Made by a program: the position numbers and the translations under genes. DNA of 64,000 bases. Source: Phoronis australis (Eukaryota > Animalia > Phoronida). The notes below the pieces were generated by a model. That model ran no database searches, was not told the DNA's origin, and worked only from the letters and a program-made list of their open reading frames with translations. The stretch spans positions 186,001-250,000 of the forward strand of contig NMRA01000066.1 in assembly GCA_002633005.1 (NCBI GenBank), in the 5' to 3' direction. Positions 46,401 through 58,782 of this stretch are shown piece after piece. Position 1 is the stretch's first letter. Each line of letters begins with the position of its first letter.

Positions 46401-49400
46401 AGCTCAAGGAAGGCAACACTAACAACAACAATTTGATTGGTCAGTTTGGTGTGGGGTTCTACTCCACGTTTATGGTGGCCGATAAGGTGGACGTGTACTC
46501 TAAATCTTGTAAGGAGGCCGGTGATGGCTTCAAGTGGTCGTCCGATGGGTAGGTGTTGTCGGGATCTTTGGAATGGTAGAGTTATCATTGTGCATTGAAA
46601 ATAACTCATAAACCGTGATTTCTGTTTGCTTTGAATCGAGGATGAAGATTATTTTAGTTGTGTTTGTGACCAGTGATAACTGTATTTATTGTACGTGACA
46701 TGAACCAAAGTTAAAATCAAAAAATAACAAAAAAAAACATCATATCCCATGGTTCTTTTTCACGTTTTATTGCCCTTTGGCAGACGTTTCACAGTGCTCC
46801 AGTTTAAATACTACTGCCAGTAGTCTAGTACATTCTCAGACTATTTCTACTCAATGACATTTATCTTCTGTGACAGGTGTAATATAAAATGAAACTTGCC
46901 TCTGCCACACCATGATAACAAACACATTTGTTTTATTAAAGTTATAGGTGTGTGCTTTTCCCTGCTTTACAAGTGTATGGATCCATAAATGTTGGGGTAG
47001 AAACAAAAGCACGTTCTGCTTACTGGCTGGCGGCAGTGTGGCAGTGCAGCCTCTGTGGAAATATGGAACATAGCTGTGATCCTATACCTTCTGTTAAGTG
47101 TAGCGTTTTCAGTTCCAATTTCGTCACAGTTTCTGGCTGAAGTACAAATAAGTCTTAAAACATATTTGGGACATTTTCCCATTTATTCAAGAAAATAGGT
47201 AGGCCCAAATCGATGATTTACCGCCTTCAAATTTTTGGCATACCTGCCAGGAGACAGCGTTTTGCAAAAGCTGTGGCCAGTCACTATAGTGTTTGAGTCC
47301 CTAGAAAAATGTAAAAAGACAATTTTGTCCGAAATTGGTGACAGTGTGCTGCAGTGCTACCACTTGAGAGGTTTTGTTGTGTTCTTAGGTCCGGGAAGTA
47401 TGAGATATCTGAGGCTGAGAATGTACAGCGTGGTACAAAGATAGTTATGCATCTCAAGGGAGACTCTTACGACTACGGCAAGGAAGATATTATTAAAGGT
47501 ATTGGGTCGATGTATGAGCTGTAGGGTTGGTTTTGCAATTTGTCATTATCAACGAATGAATGCATGTTTTATTTTTCTGCTGATTACGCACTCAAATTTA
47601 TTCAAGATTGCATTTCCTCTTAAAGTGGCTATAAATTTGCCTTCCGTCACAAAAACAACTGATTTCAACCATTTACCAATACAAAATTGGTCTTAATGAC
47701 ATTACTTGAGGTTCTTGAGCTTGCATAGGCTTGACTGTTGGTAAGTGCTTGAGACAAGGGTCTACAAGTTGACTTATCACGTAGGGTCATTGTATACACT
47801 GAGCATGGTCTTATGCAATCATGAACGGTCAGTTGTTGTAAGCCCAGAAACATCTTATTTGAGTCGGAAACAAATTAAGATCAGTTTTGTTGCTGTAAGT
47901 GGTCCGAACCGAATGTTTTTCTTACAATAGCAGCTGTATGTTTTATTTGCACACTCTGTTGGTTTTGTTTTGAAACTAATATTTGATTTGTTCTCCGAGT
48001 TGAAGTCTCGATTTTAGCAGGTTTGTTCAGTTGCTCGAATTGTTAAGGAATTGTTTCATTCCTTACAGAGGTAATCAAGAAGTACAGTAACTTTGTGGGC
48101 GTGCCAATCTATGTGAATGGAAAGAAGGCTAATGTGCTGGAGGTAAACCCATCGACTTTTATGTAGATTCCATACAGTTTTCGGAAAAAGTTGACAAAGT
48201 TTTGTGTTGTTGAAAATTGGCAAAAGTTTGAAGCAAAAGTTTCTAACTAATTTTTAATGTTATTTTCAAGTCTGTCATCTTGAAACGTACTGTACCCGGA
48301 ATGCCATTTAATGGGTTCCCATTTAACATTCTGTGCCTGTTGTGTAACGAAAGCTCGTCACTAGTGAATGCTAGTAAGACCGGGCAATGCAATGGACCCA
48401 ACTGTGTGACTTAAGCACCCATGGTGCACCTCCCTATTTGTTTAGTAGGATCATGTGCTTTGCTTGTAACGTATGGCGATATCTTGTAAAGACTTGTGTA
48501 ACCTTGCCATACTTGCAGGAAACTTTTCCTTTCAAAATGACGTGTTGTTTTTTGCTGTTATAGGGGTTTCTTTGTCATTTTACCAGTCCACTAGCAATGT
48601 AGTCTTGGTAAGTTTTGTAGGAACCTTTAAAAAACATTTGACTGTCTTACATAATTTTTTGGTTGTAATTATGCGATATGTCATCCCTCTTTAGGCTGTA
48701 TGGCTGATGGACCCTAAACAGGTGTCTGAGGACATGCATGATGAATTCTTCCGCTTCATCGCAAATGCCTACGACAAGCCTCGCTACACCCTGCATTACA
48801 AGACAGATGCCCCCTTGAACATTAGAGCTCTGTTCTATGTCCCTGAGTACAAACCAAGTAGGTGCAACATGGGAACTTCAATCTCTCAACATTTTTTGTT
48901 TAAAAAGTATGAACTCATCATTGTTGATGTTATGTTCTGGTGTCTTTCACTTTGTGCACAGAGATTATAATACCTTTCTGTGATCATCGAGTATTAGTAG
49001 AAACCTTGGTTTTCCGTTTTCTAACCCAGAGATATCTGGTTTAGCAGAGCTGAAATTCTGTTCTTTATTTTGTTTTGTAAGTTTGTGGCAATTTCACTGC
49101 TTTGCTAATTTCAAAGTAGTTAATGATCAGATAAATATAACATTGTTCTGGGAACTTCTCTTTCTATTGCGCCAATGCTGCAGTTCTGGGGTCTGTGTCA
49201 TGAAAATTGTCTCAAGACTTAAGTCTGAAATGTGATCTTATGCTCCACATAAGTATTGTAAAATAGTGAAATCTCGCTAAAACAAAAATGCAAAACATCT
49301 GAGATTATGCTCAGGGCTGTTCCAGCAAAATCTGTATGGGAGGGGGGGGAAGGCTTTTTTATTTGTCGTACCCACCTCCCATATTTTTCATTTATTTCTC

Positions 49401-52400
49401 CAACCCATGACCCATAATTTTTTAATTATTTTTAATAGGTTAAAATATAAAATCCAACACTTGCAAACAAATTGCCTCCAGGAGGACCTGTTAAGAACTT
49501 AGAGGATTGACAGACAAGAACTAGTTGTCTTGTCCAATATTGTCAAAAACTAAAGTAGCCTGTGAGCAATACTTTTGGCAGCCACCAGGTGTCTCTGTTC
49601 ACCATGTGTCTATAATTTCAATGAACATTTTTTCAATCATAAGGATCTATGAATCTCAAACTGTCTCCACGAACTCTTTTATACTTCTATGTCAAGTGAA
49701 TATTGGAACTTGTTTATCTTACTCCTCATACCACCCATTTTTAATGCATCACTTCTCACAGGAACGACCACCCATAATTTGAGTTTTTTTCTGAAGACCA
49801 CCACCCATGACTTTTTATTTCTACTGTCGTCCCCCCTCCCACACGGATTTTACTGGAACAGCCCTCACTACAAACTGCTAGTTAATGAGATTATTTCTAT
49901 AAATTGTTTCCAGCATGTGATGCTCTCATAGTTAAACGATATTTGATGAACTCAGAGCCTTGGTGTGGAAGGTATGTTGGCACCGTTAGTTTATTAATGG
50001 TTTAAAGTTTTGGATTATTGTTTTGTAGCTCTGTTTGACATGAGTCGCGAGGTTGATGTTGGCATCACATTATACAGTAAGCGAGTGATGATTCTCAGTA
50101 AAGCCAACAACATTCTGCCCAAGTGGCTACGGTTTGTTAAAGGTGAGTGCAGGCGTGCAGGAGCATCCCACCAGCTGCACTGGTGTGTGGTCTCTTCAAG
50201 ATTATTTGGCATTAAGTTGTGGTTGAAGTCAATACGTAGCCTGAAGGCATCAATAAAACTTCCCAAGATGTGATAGTTGTGCATACTATTAAATAATGTG
50301 AAGTAATACTGACAGTGTGAATGCTAACACGTTTTTTAAACTGGTTGATGGCAATCCACAGTGGAATCAAAAATAGTTCTACAGTCAGCTGTTTCCAGGT
50401 AAATACAGAGAAATTATAAAGACACACACAGACAACTAACCTGGAATCATTATGTAAAATCACTTTTAAAAAGACCTTAAGATTTGGGCTCTAGCCTTTC
50501 TACAGTGGTGGGTAAAAGACTGGTGATGAACATACTGGATTTGATAGAAGGGTTGTTATGTTATGGCTATGCTGTAAGTGTTCTGCTGTATTGGTGTCCA
50601 TTCACATTATGGTCAAGTAGTTGGGTTACGTAATAGCCCCGCTATCTTATCCACCTTGTTCATCGTTATCTTTTACCCAACACTGTGGAAAGGCTGGAGC
50701 CCGAAATGTTTGGTGTTTTAAATTGTTTTTATGCCATTTGTTACTTGCACATGTGTTTATTCCTATTCGGACAAAGGAACATTGTAGCTTCCGTGAATAC
50801 ATTTGCATGCCTCAAGTTTTTGTTGTTGTTGATGATAAAAGTTTTGAATATTGTTAAAAGCCTGCCATCACTCTTAAGTCAGTTACGCAGTTGTAAACAA
50901 ACTGTTTCCATGCTTGTTAGTGGAAATTGCCAACTTGAGCCTAGGATGCAGTAGTTGAATGAGAAATGTTCATTCTGTGGAGTATGAGGAGGTTGTATAT
51001 AAAATCAGCTGTGCAAAGTCTGAGGCAATCCATTTGTTTCTCTGCAATTAAGACTCCAACTGTGGCATGTTTTGCCAGCTTCTGTGTATTGCAAAGACAA
51101 CTTTGGAATGTCTGGAATACAAAAGATAATTAATCAGTTAAAACCATCTTAGGGTATTTACGTTGCAGAATAATTTGTTAATATTTTGCTACCTTTCCAC
51201 ATGATGTAGTGCGTGCTATTGTGTAACTGTTGGCGTTGTGCAATATATCATGCAAATTTTATGTAACTATGCCCTGTTGGTTTCCCTATTTAGGAGTGGT
51301 AGACAGTGAAGACATTCCGTTGAATTTAAGCCGGGAGCTCCTGCAGAACAGTATGCTGATCAGGTAAAGTAGACGACTAAAACAATCACGTAAAGTATGG
51401 AACTGTGTTCCTGTGCATCAACTTTGGAAAGGTCTTCTTCAATTATAACCAACGGTTCTCACCATCTTTGTTGCATTTACTGGGGCTTGGAATTGTCCTC
51501 TTTTAAGAGGATTTCCTCTTTTTTGTTTTGATTTCCTCTTGTTTCATTTCCAGTTTCCTCTTTTTTGTACTCATTTTCATCAATATTTTTACTTTATTCA
51601 TGACCAGTAGCACTGTGTGATTGACTGGTGTCTCCAAACACCCCTCAGGCCTTAGTCCATATGATACAAGAAATTATGTGAACCTGGTTAGGGTAGACAG
51701 TGTGTCACACAGTGTGTAGGCAGTCTGGTGTGTCTTCAAGCATTGCGGAGTGAAGTTGGTACAATTTTTGTTCACTTTCAGGGCCATGACATTACAAAGA
51801 TATGCATATGATACACGTAGTATACATGTAGCTAATGCAAGGTGTAAAGGCTTAAACGTATTTGTGGGAAACTGTTCACCCCATTCACACAGGAATTGAA
51901 TATTTCCAAATAAGTAATTATGATATTATCAGAGGAAAGCCCTGCTAAAGGGATCATTCTTTGTCTAAATTGTTCACAGTTCAAGTTCTTGTATTACAAT
52001 GTTCAGGACTCTAATTTTTCAACCGTAGCAAACATGGGGGTCGGAAATTTAACCTAGCTGGTTTGATATTTTGATCCACGACTAAACACTAGCAAACATA
52101 TTTGCAGTGACACTTTCTTCCTTGCTTTAGCTCTCACTCTGTAGGCTGACTGATGTTAAGAACATGTAATTTGTACCGTGTTACAGAAAACTTCGGTCAG
52201 TCTTGACCAGCAGGCTGCTTAAATATTTCCTGGACCAGTCGAAGAAAGACCCTGAGAAGTACCTCAAGTTCTATAACGACTATGGCCTCTTCTTTAGGGA
52301 AGCCATTGTTTCTGAGCAGGAGCAGCAGATGAGGGTGAGCTCATCCTACAATCATGTTGTATTGCAATTTTCGTTATTTGTTTTTTGCCTTTCATAATTT

Positions 52401-55400
52401 TGAACCAATAGCAGTAGTCAGTGTGATCCTTGAATGTGTTGTGGAAAAATGTTTAAATAACAATTTTGCTTCATTTTTCATCTGACTTTATGTTACTTTA
52501 ATAAAATTCAGAAGTGCAAAATTGATTTGAATATGAAAGTCATTTTACAACTCTGTAATATGCACTTTCTCAAACTCCTGATACCTACACCTATTTCTAC
52601 CTGAAGATAAGATATGGCCAGTGTCTAGAGGGGATTTTTTTATCTTTTTATTATTATATCTCTTTGTTAGCTGCTCCGTTGTTAAATATACCACGAGTTT
52701 GTGAGAGTATATGGAAGTTGTAGACAAACAGCAGTGACGTGTCTACAAGGAATTTTGCCTGTAGGAGGATCTATGGTCTAAATATTCGAATTGTCTTGTT
52801 AATGTTATACATTTGTCTAATCACTTGGTGGGTCTGAGGGGCAAAATTTTGTTTCCAGGTATCATTGTATCAAAGTCACTCAAAGATGCTGCCATGCTTT
52901 TTGCGTTTAATTATTCAACAGTCGAACTCATTGGGCTTGTTTAATTGAATTTGTGTTTAGTCTAACATGTCGAGTTTGATATCAGTAGCATTGTTCAACA
53001 ATTTGAGCGTGAAATTCACTCGGTGTTGCAAGTGAAGAAAGGTCTTACCAGTATTAATACCTGCATCCCCCTTGTGACCCTTGTCACACTAACGCCCCCT
53101 TGCTGATGAAATGTTGTCTGGTCTCAGTCTCTCCAGATGTCAAAAAGAGGGAACCTTTATCATTAGCGCCACCTAGTGAATATTGAGTCACTGGTTATGA
53201 TGCTTGTTGCCAATGATGCCCTTATTGTAATCATCTTTCACAAAACAGGGGCCAATTTATCACATGAAGTTTGCTGTGTTCTGTGGTTCTTGCCAGCCTT
53301 TCGATCACCTTTTCTTCCTCTATTTTGTCTGCCAGGAAGATGTTGCCAAGCTGTTGAGATTTGAGTCATCCAACTTACCAGCTGGTGAGGTGACCGGTCT
53401 GGAGGAGTATGCATCGCGCATGGATGCAGGCGAACGCAACATTTATTACCTGTCAGCACCCAGGTAATGAAAAACTAATAAACGAATGGTTCTCTGGCAT
53501 ATTTGCAACACGATGTGGATTTTAATATATTTTTAAGGTGATCTGTTGCCTTATCACCAAGTACTTGTAAAATACAGCCTAGATTTTAACTCAGTCAGGA
53601 AATGTCTAATATGTTTCTTTGGAAGTGGGAAGATTTCAATTTTTGATTTAAGTTTGTCAATCTGCCATACAAAAGTTGCCCAATTACTTTTGATATCATT
53701 TGGCTTATAAATATCGTAAAAGTCATATTTTGGTTGTATTTTTAAACATAATTCCCAAAAATGTTCTGGAGAACAGTGCTGAGTTTCATTTGAATCAGGT
53801 CAGCCATTTCGGTGACACGGTGTTCCAAAGTTGGCCAAATTTGAGATTTGTCTTGGGTTACACTCCCTCAACATGTTACACACATTGACTCCTGCTGACT
53901 GAGCACGAGATATCAAGACTCCATAAATGTAATGCACATAGTCTCTCCGGCAACACTGGATTCAAATCCGGGCATCACAAGTGAGAGACCTCAGTCCAAA
54001 CCACTCAGTTGTGCTGTCCTGCATAACTTTTCGTCACCGAGCTTTGTTGCTTTGGCCCACACTGATGGTTGTCTCGTTTCACTTTTGGTGTAATATGATC
54101 TTGTTTGGGGTTTCACTTATTGACATTGCAGATTAATCATGTTCCAATGTAGGGATGACAGAGTAGATGGTGGACAACATTCAGTTCTACTTGCATTTTA
54201 TGCCTGTCATTAAGATGAAGGTCAAGATCAAGGCAGTGGGGTGTCAGTGTTTTTTGCAAGATAGTTTACCATCATCTTGATGTCTAATAGCCACTTTTAA
54301 GCAGTGAAGTATTTTTCAAATGATTTGTGCTAACAGTCCAACGTAGCAACATATCTGCAAATCCAAAAAAATTGCATTTTGGCAACTAGACCTGCCTTAC
54401 TCTCCAGAATTTGAGTAAATTGGAAATGCTCTCACAACATCCCAAGAGTTGTTTATCAGGTATTCTCTGTTGTTGATGGATATGGTTCATTTAGACAGTG
54501 TAGTCTTAGACTAAGTCATTGCGGATCATGATGAGCAAAAATGAGGGGGCTGGAGACGCAGTGTATTGTGCTATTGTACATTGTCTTATTTTTGTAAACA
54601 AAACTACTCCTCAAAACATTTGGCTAATGTCATGGTTCATAAGTATGGTGTTCAGAGGCATAAAAATCGCAATTCTTCATTTTTTCGGACTTATTATTAA
54701 GAAATATTTGACAATGTAATGCAGCTGTAGACGGTAAATGAATAACTTTGTGCAATTCAAGTGGTTGTCCCCCACCCCGTAAAGGTATCTCTTGGTGTTT
54801 TAGTCGAGAGTTAGCAATGACGTCGCCCTACTTGGAAGCAATGAAACAGAAGAATAAAGAGGTTCTGTTCTGTTATGAAACGTACGATGAACTGGTGCTG
54901 ATGAATCTGTCACAGTTTGATCGTAAAAACCTTCGCTCAGTTGAGAATGAAGTACAGGAAGATAAAAGTAACACAAACACAGTCGACTCAAAAGGTACAG
55001 GGGGCACTGTCATCTTTTGTGCTCTGGTTTTTAGGTTTTGTTTAGAGTTGAAAAGGCACCAGTCAGCTTTATGGAGATTTTATGTTAGGAGAAGTCCAGT
55101 CATAGGGGAAGTGTTGAATGACTAAATGAGAACAACCGTACTGCAGACGTAGGTTCAAGTTTAGTAAAGACTGGACTCACTTTTGCCCATTTTTATTGAG
55201 TTTTACTGTATTTAGCTGATAGCATACAGTGGATGTAAATGTCTCAAATTGACAAAATATTGTATGTTTGCGTATATAAAGTGTGTAGCTGTGTTTTGGA
55301 AGGATAGGAGATAGAAGTATATTTCATGTTAACGTGTGCGTAATGAATCTGATGCTCTCGGGCAGATGCTTAATCTGAACATTCCTCAAGTTGTTGCTCT

Positions 55401-58400
55401 GTATACATATTCTATGCCTTTGTCTCACTGTATTGGTAAATATTGGTTGGTTGTGATGTCGTAATTTATTCAGTAAATTCACTTGAAACTATATACCTGC
55501 CTGTGGAGAAAGAGGAAGAAACCTCAATGTTTCTCTTGTCATTCAGATGAGAATAGTTTAACACAAGAAGAAGCTGACTCCTTGCTGGAATGGCTGACAA
55601 CGACTCTGGGAAACAAGGTTCAACAGGCTAAAGTAAGTGCCACAGTCATTTAATGAACAAGTTAGACACTTTCAGCTGAATTAACTGCGTCTGTTCAGTA
55701 GGTCTTGTGTCAATTAGCACTGCAGATTAAATTGACCAATCGCAACCTCCGCTCTCTTGTCAAAAGTCTCTGACAACGTGTTGTTTGTCGGGTAAAATGG
55801 CGGCTTGGAAACGCAGACAAAGGTGTGTCAAGAATGTTGCATTCTGATTGGTCAATTAAGATATCTGTCAAAATCCTGGTGATTGGTTCACCATTTAGCT
55901 CATTGGGTTGACCTATCGCAAGCTGCGTCCCCTTGTGAAAAGTTGCCGATAATGTGTTGCTTGTTGAGTAAATTGGTGGCTTCGAAACGCAGACAAAGTT
56001 GTGTCCGAATGTTACGTCCTGATTGGTCAGTTAAGTCGTAAGTCAAAATCCTGGCGATAGAGTCAGTTGTTGGCCTTCTGCACTTCTGCTGATGTTATCA
56101 GGTTACACAGCTGGGAGACACATTAGCTTTGAAGACCTCATGCTGGTTCACCATTTGTAAGTTGGAGGCCTTGTAGAATGTTTGGAAGTGTGGCAAAATT
56201 GTCTCTTAACATTACAATTTACTCTCTTGTTCAAGTAGAACAGGTCAACAGAAAACTCTGTAGATTACAGGCTCTGACTTTTGGTTGCTTATGAACTCAA
56301 GACGTCCGGTAGTTAAACAGGACCTGTTGCTTTTAGGAGATTGTTAAGTGCTTATCCTGCAATTAAACAAAATACAACAAAATGTTTGGTATTGTCCTCC
56401 TAAAACATGATATTTGAGGTCTTACTTAATGTCAGTTGCCAAAAGCCAACAGGACGTTTCTAAAAATCGATCAAGTCTCGCTAGCACAACAGTAATTGTC
56501 GTTTTCCTCTTTTAGATCACCCAGAGACTTGTGTCTCATCCGTGCATAGTCACCGTTCTAGAGATGGGTTCGGCGCGTCACTTCCTGCGTACAACTTTTG
56601 CTGGGAAAAGCGACGAGGAAAAATACAGATTATTGCAGCCCACACTTGAGATCAACCCATGGTGAGATGATATGGTCACAAATCAATCTACCAAAGCGCA
56701 CCACGACCTCTTGCGTGCTTTTTTATTATACTTATGACATGACTGTTAAGCAATGGAAAAGTTCAGGCCCGTTCCTAAAAAAACTGACTTATATAGACAA
56801 ATCTTAAATTTGTCTGAATTCCTTTCCAAGAAAGTGATCTTGGGTTTGACTTAAAGATGCTATGTCTCATTAAAACTTTGAATATTTAAATTTGTAGCAA
56901 GCACCTCCTTGTGACTTCCTGGAGAACTGTGTGTACAAGTATTATCAGGATTAAAACAATTAGTAAATAAAGTGTGGTTTTAACTAAAATACCTCAACTG
57001 ATACACCTAAAACAAGACAGTGTGAACATAAAGAAGACCTTTATAATTCCAAATATTACACAATCGTTTTTTGATAGTGAAATTAAAAAATAATAGAAAC
57101 TGTGCCTTGTATTATTAGGGTATTGATGACATACATGTATTACCATACTCATAAAAATAGTCTGGCAAAATGAGACTTTCACGAGATTGTAATGGTAACT
57201 GGTTCTCGTATGGTTTCCAGCACACCTGAAGACCCGGGGTTGTTTGTAAAACTAGTACTTCATTTGCATATTATTGGCAATTTAATGAGACATAGCTTCT
57301 TTAAGTTTTGTCTTAATTTTGACTTCTAACTTACTGGATGTAGAAGTTTTCTAAGTTTAGAAGTTGAGACAAGTCTTAGACGTAAGCAAAAAATGGTCTA
57401 CTATTACATGTACCTAATTCTAAAAAAAAAATCATTATTTGAATGATGCAAGTGAAGTTTTTGATTAAAGAATTTTTTTGTGATATTCTTATCGCTCCAG
57501 CACTTGATATGGTTTCTTACAGCTGGGCATCTGTTTGGTACAACTGGAGACAGAGTTCTGTTACTTGTTTATCTTTCAGTCATCCTGTCATTAAGAAACT
57601 CTCCACGCTGAAGACGTCAGATCCTGAACTAGCCAAGCTGGTAGCGGAACAGGTAACGTCAATCTTTTGTCATTTGTCGTCAAACGTGGGAAATTTTGAT
57701 TTTGTTACAGCTGCCTTGGCTTTCTTAATTTGTCTCTTTCTGGTTACACTCCGTATTAGGATACTTGTGCATGAAGCACTCTTTAGATTCAGAATTACAG
57801 AATAATTGTGTGTGATGTCGGTGCTTCGTAAACAACAAGTCTCAAAATATTCAAGGATGACAGAAGGAATGTTTCAGTGACACGTCAACTCCGGCTGTCT
57901 GTCCAACGAAATTTGAGGTTGGGGCACTTTCATACTCTCGCTAGACTAAAGAGTTTTCAGTTGCATGTTTGTTCTACGGAAGTCTGGTGATTACATGTCT
58001 TCCACTATTATGACGCAATTTGGTCCCATAAGTAGGAACTGGAATGCACTGTGTCACATCACATTTTCAAAAGTTTCACTTGTCCTGGATTTTCTTGCTC
58101 AAGTAATCACGGGGCATTTATCACTAGAAACTTTTACAAAAATTATGTGCCAGGACTGATTGGTGTTTCGCGCTGAGAATGTGTGCAGCCATTGTATGCT
58201 CTCGGGCAGATGAGGAGGATTAAGATTCGATCAGATTCATAGGCTCTTAACAATTTTGAAAGTGCTTAGTAATTTAAAGTGCTACATGTATGTAAACCTG
58301 TCTTAATTATTATTATTGTTTTATTTTGCCACTTTAATTTTATTAATCTGTGTCCAGAATGTCAAAATGGTGTCATACCAAACTATCGAAATATCTTTCA

Positions 58401-58503
58401 GGTGTACGACAATGCCATGATAGCTGCCGGGTTGGTGGAAGATCCGAGATCAATGCTGGGGAGACTCAACGAAATATTGTCGAGAGCCCTTGACAAGCAC
58501 TGA
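40442..58503 (+). CDS. TRAP1: TRAP1 / HSP75, mitochondrial HSP90 chaperone, 720 aa, 18 coding exons
   Basis: Exons, all GT-AG and phase-consistent: 40442-40574, 41522-41680, 43967-44049 ([21 protein letters not shown]), 44439-44588 ([19 protein letters not shown]), 45925-45996 ([17 protein letters not shown]), 46388-46548 ([10 protein letters not shown]), 47389-47498, 48069-48142, 48695-48857, 50029-50142 ([10 protein letters not shown]), 51294-51363 ([18 protein letters not shown]), 52187-52334, 53336-53463, 54804-54994, 55547-55632, 56516-56661 (LEINP), 57580-57652, 58402-58503 (..LSRALDKH*). Total 2163 nt. It has a basic mitochondrial presequence, no charged linker and no MEEVD/KDEL. AATAAA lies at 59824-59829. 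Confidence 0.97.
40672..40810 (+). mobile_element. Degenerate tRNA-derived SINE in TRAP1 intron 1
   Basis: A-box-like agctgaatggttagc, B-box-like ggtttgataccc (40716-40727) and a (CAA/CTAA)-like tail ccaactaaccaac. Confidence 0.4.
41806..41919. repeat. 17-bp minisatellite x~7 (ATCGCTAGTAAAAATGA-type unit)
   Basis: Contiguous units in TRAP1 intron 2 with no spacers. Confidence 0.9.
42888..43324. mobile_element. Tc1/mariner (pogo/Tigger-like) MITE with TA target duplication
   Basis: TA|CCGGGATTTTGCGTAGATAAGC ... GTTTATCTACGGAAATTCCTGG|TA, with internal subterminal repeats ccgaatacacg / gggcgtttattt. Confidence 0.8.
49314..49864. mobile_element. PIF/Harbinger-like MITE with a 3-bp TCA target-site duplication
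   Basis: TCA|GGGCTGTTCCAGCAAAATCTGTATGGGAGGGGGG ... CCCCCCTCCCACACGGATTTTACTGGAACAGCCC|TCA: ~34-bp TIRs with few mismatches. Confidence 0.88.
55732..56058. repeat. ~175-bp tandem duplication of a palindrome-bounded unit in a TRAP1 intron
   Basis: Copies at ~55732-55885 and ~55908-56058 share gtaaa.tgg.ggctt.gaaacgcagacaaag.tgtgtc..gaatgtt....ctgattggtca.ttaag......gtcaaaatcctgg.gat. Copy 1 is bounded by ttgaccaatc / gattggtcaa. Confidence 0.8.
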
Positions 58504-58506
58504 GCT

Positions 58507-58782
58507 TGGGTGCTATTTATGAAAAGTGACTTAATGCTTAAGTCAAAAAATTTGGCTTACACTCCCAAATTGCTATTAGGAAACAAAGCTTTTGTTATAA
58601 AAATGCTAGCCCTTCACGTTTTTTGAATTAATACTAATTATGTGGATAATTAAAAATATGTGACTATTCTTTAGGACTTAAGTCAACTGAGATTAAGTTG
58701 GTTTTATTTTGAAATAGTTGAGTGGAGCGTAAGACCAGATTGATGTTTTAAGTCTTAGGTCACTTTTATGAAACAGATCCCA
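58507..58782. mobile_element. MITE beginning 4 nt after the TRAP1 stop codon (3' UTR)
   Basis: Left end tgggtgctatttatgaaaagtgacttaatgcttaa vs rc of right end tgggatctgtttcataaaagtgacctaagacttaa. Confidence 0.6.

Noticed and set aside
53880-54010. tRNA gene
   Set aside because: Only degenerate A/B-box-like motifs on the - strand with no cloverleaf. At best an old SINE head, like 34560-34720 and 40672-40810.
40442-58503. Horizontal transfer of bacterial htpG, suggested by the [11 protein letters not shown] motif
   Set aside because: 17 spliceosomal introns, a mitochondrial presequence and TRAP1-specific sequence ([29 protein letters not shown]-terminal ALDKH) indicate an ordinary animal TRAP1.
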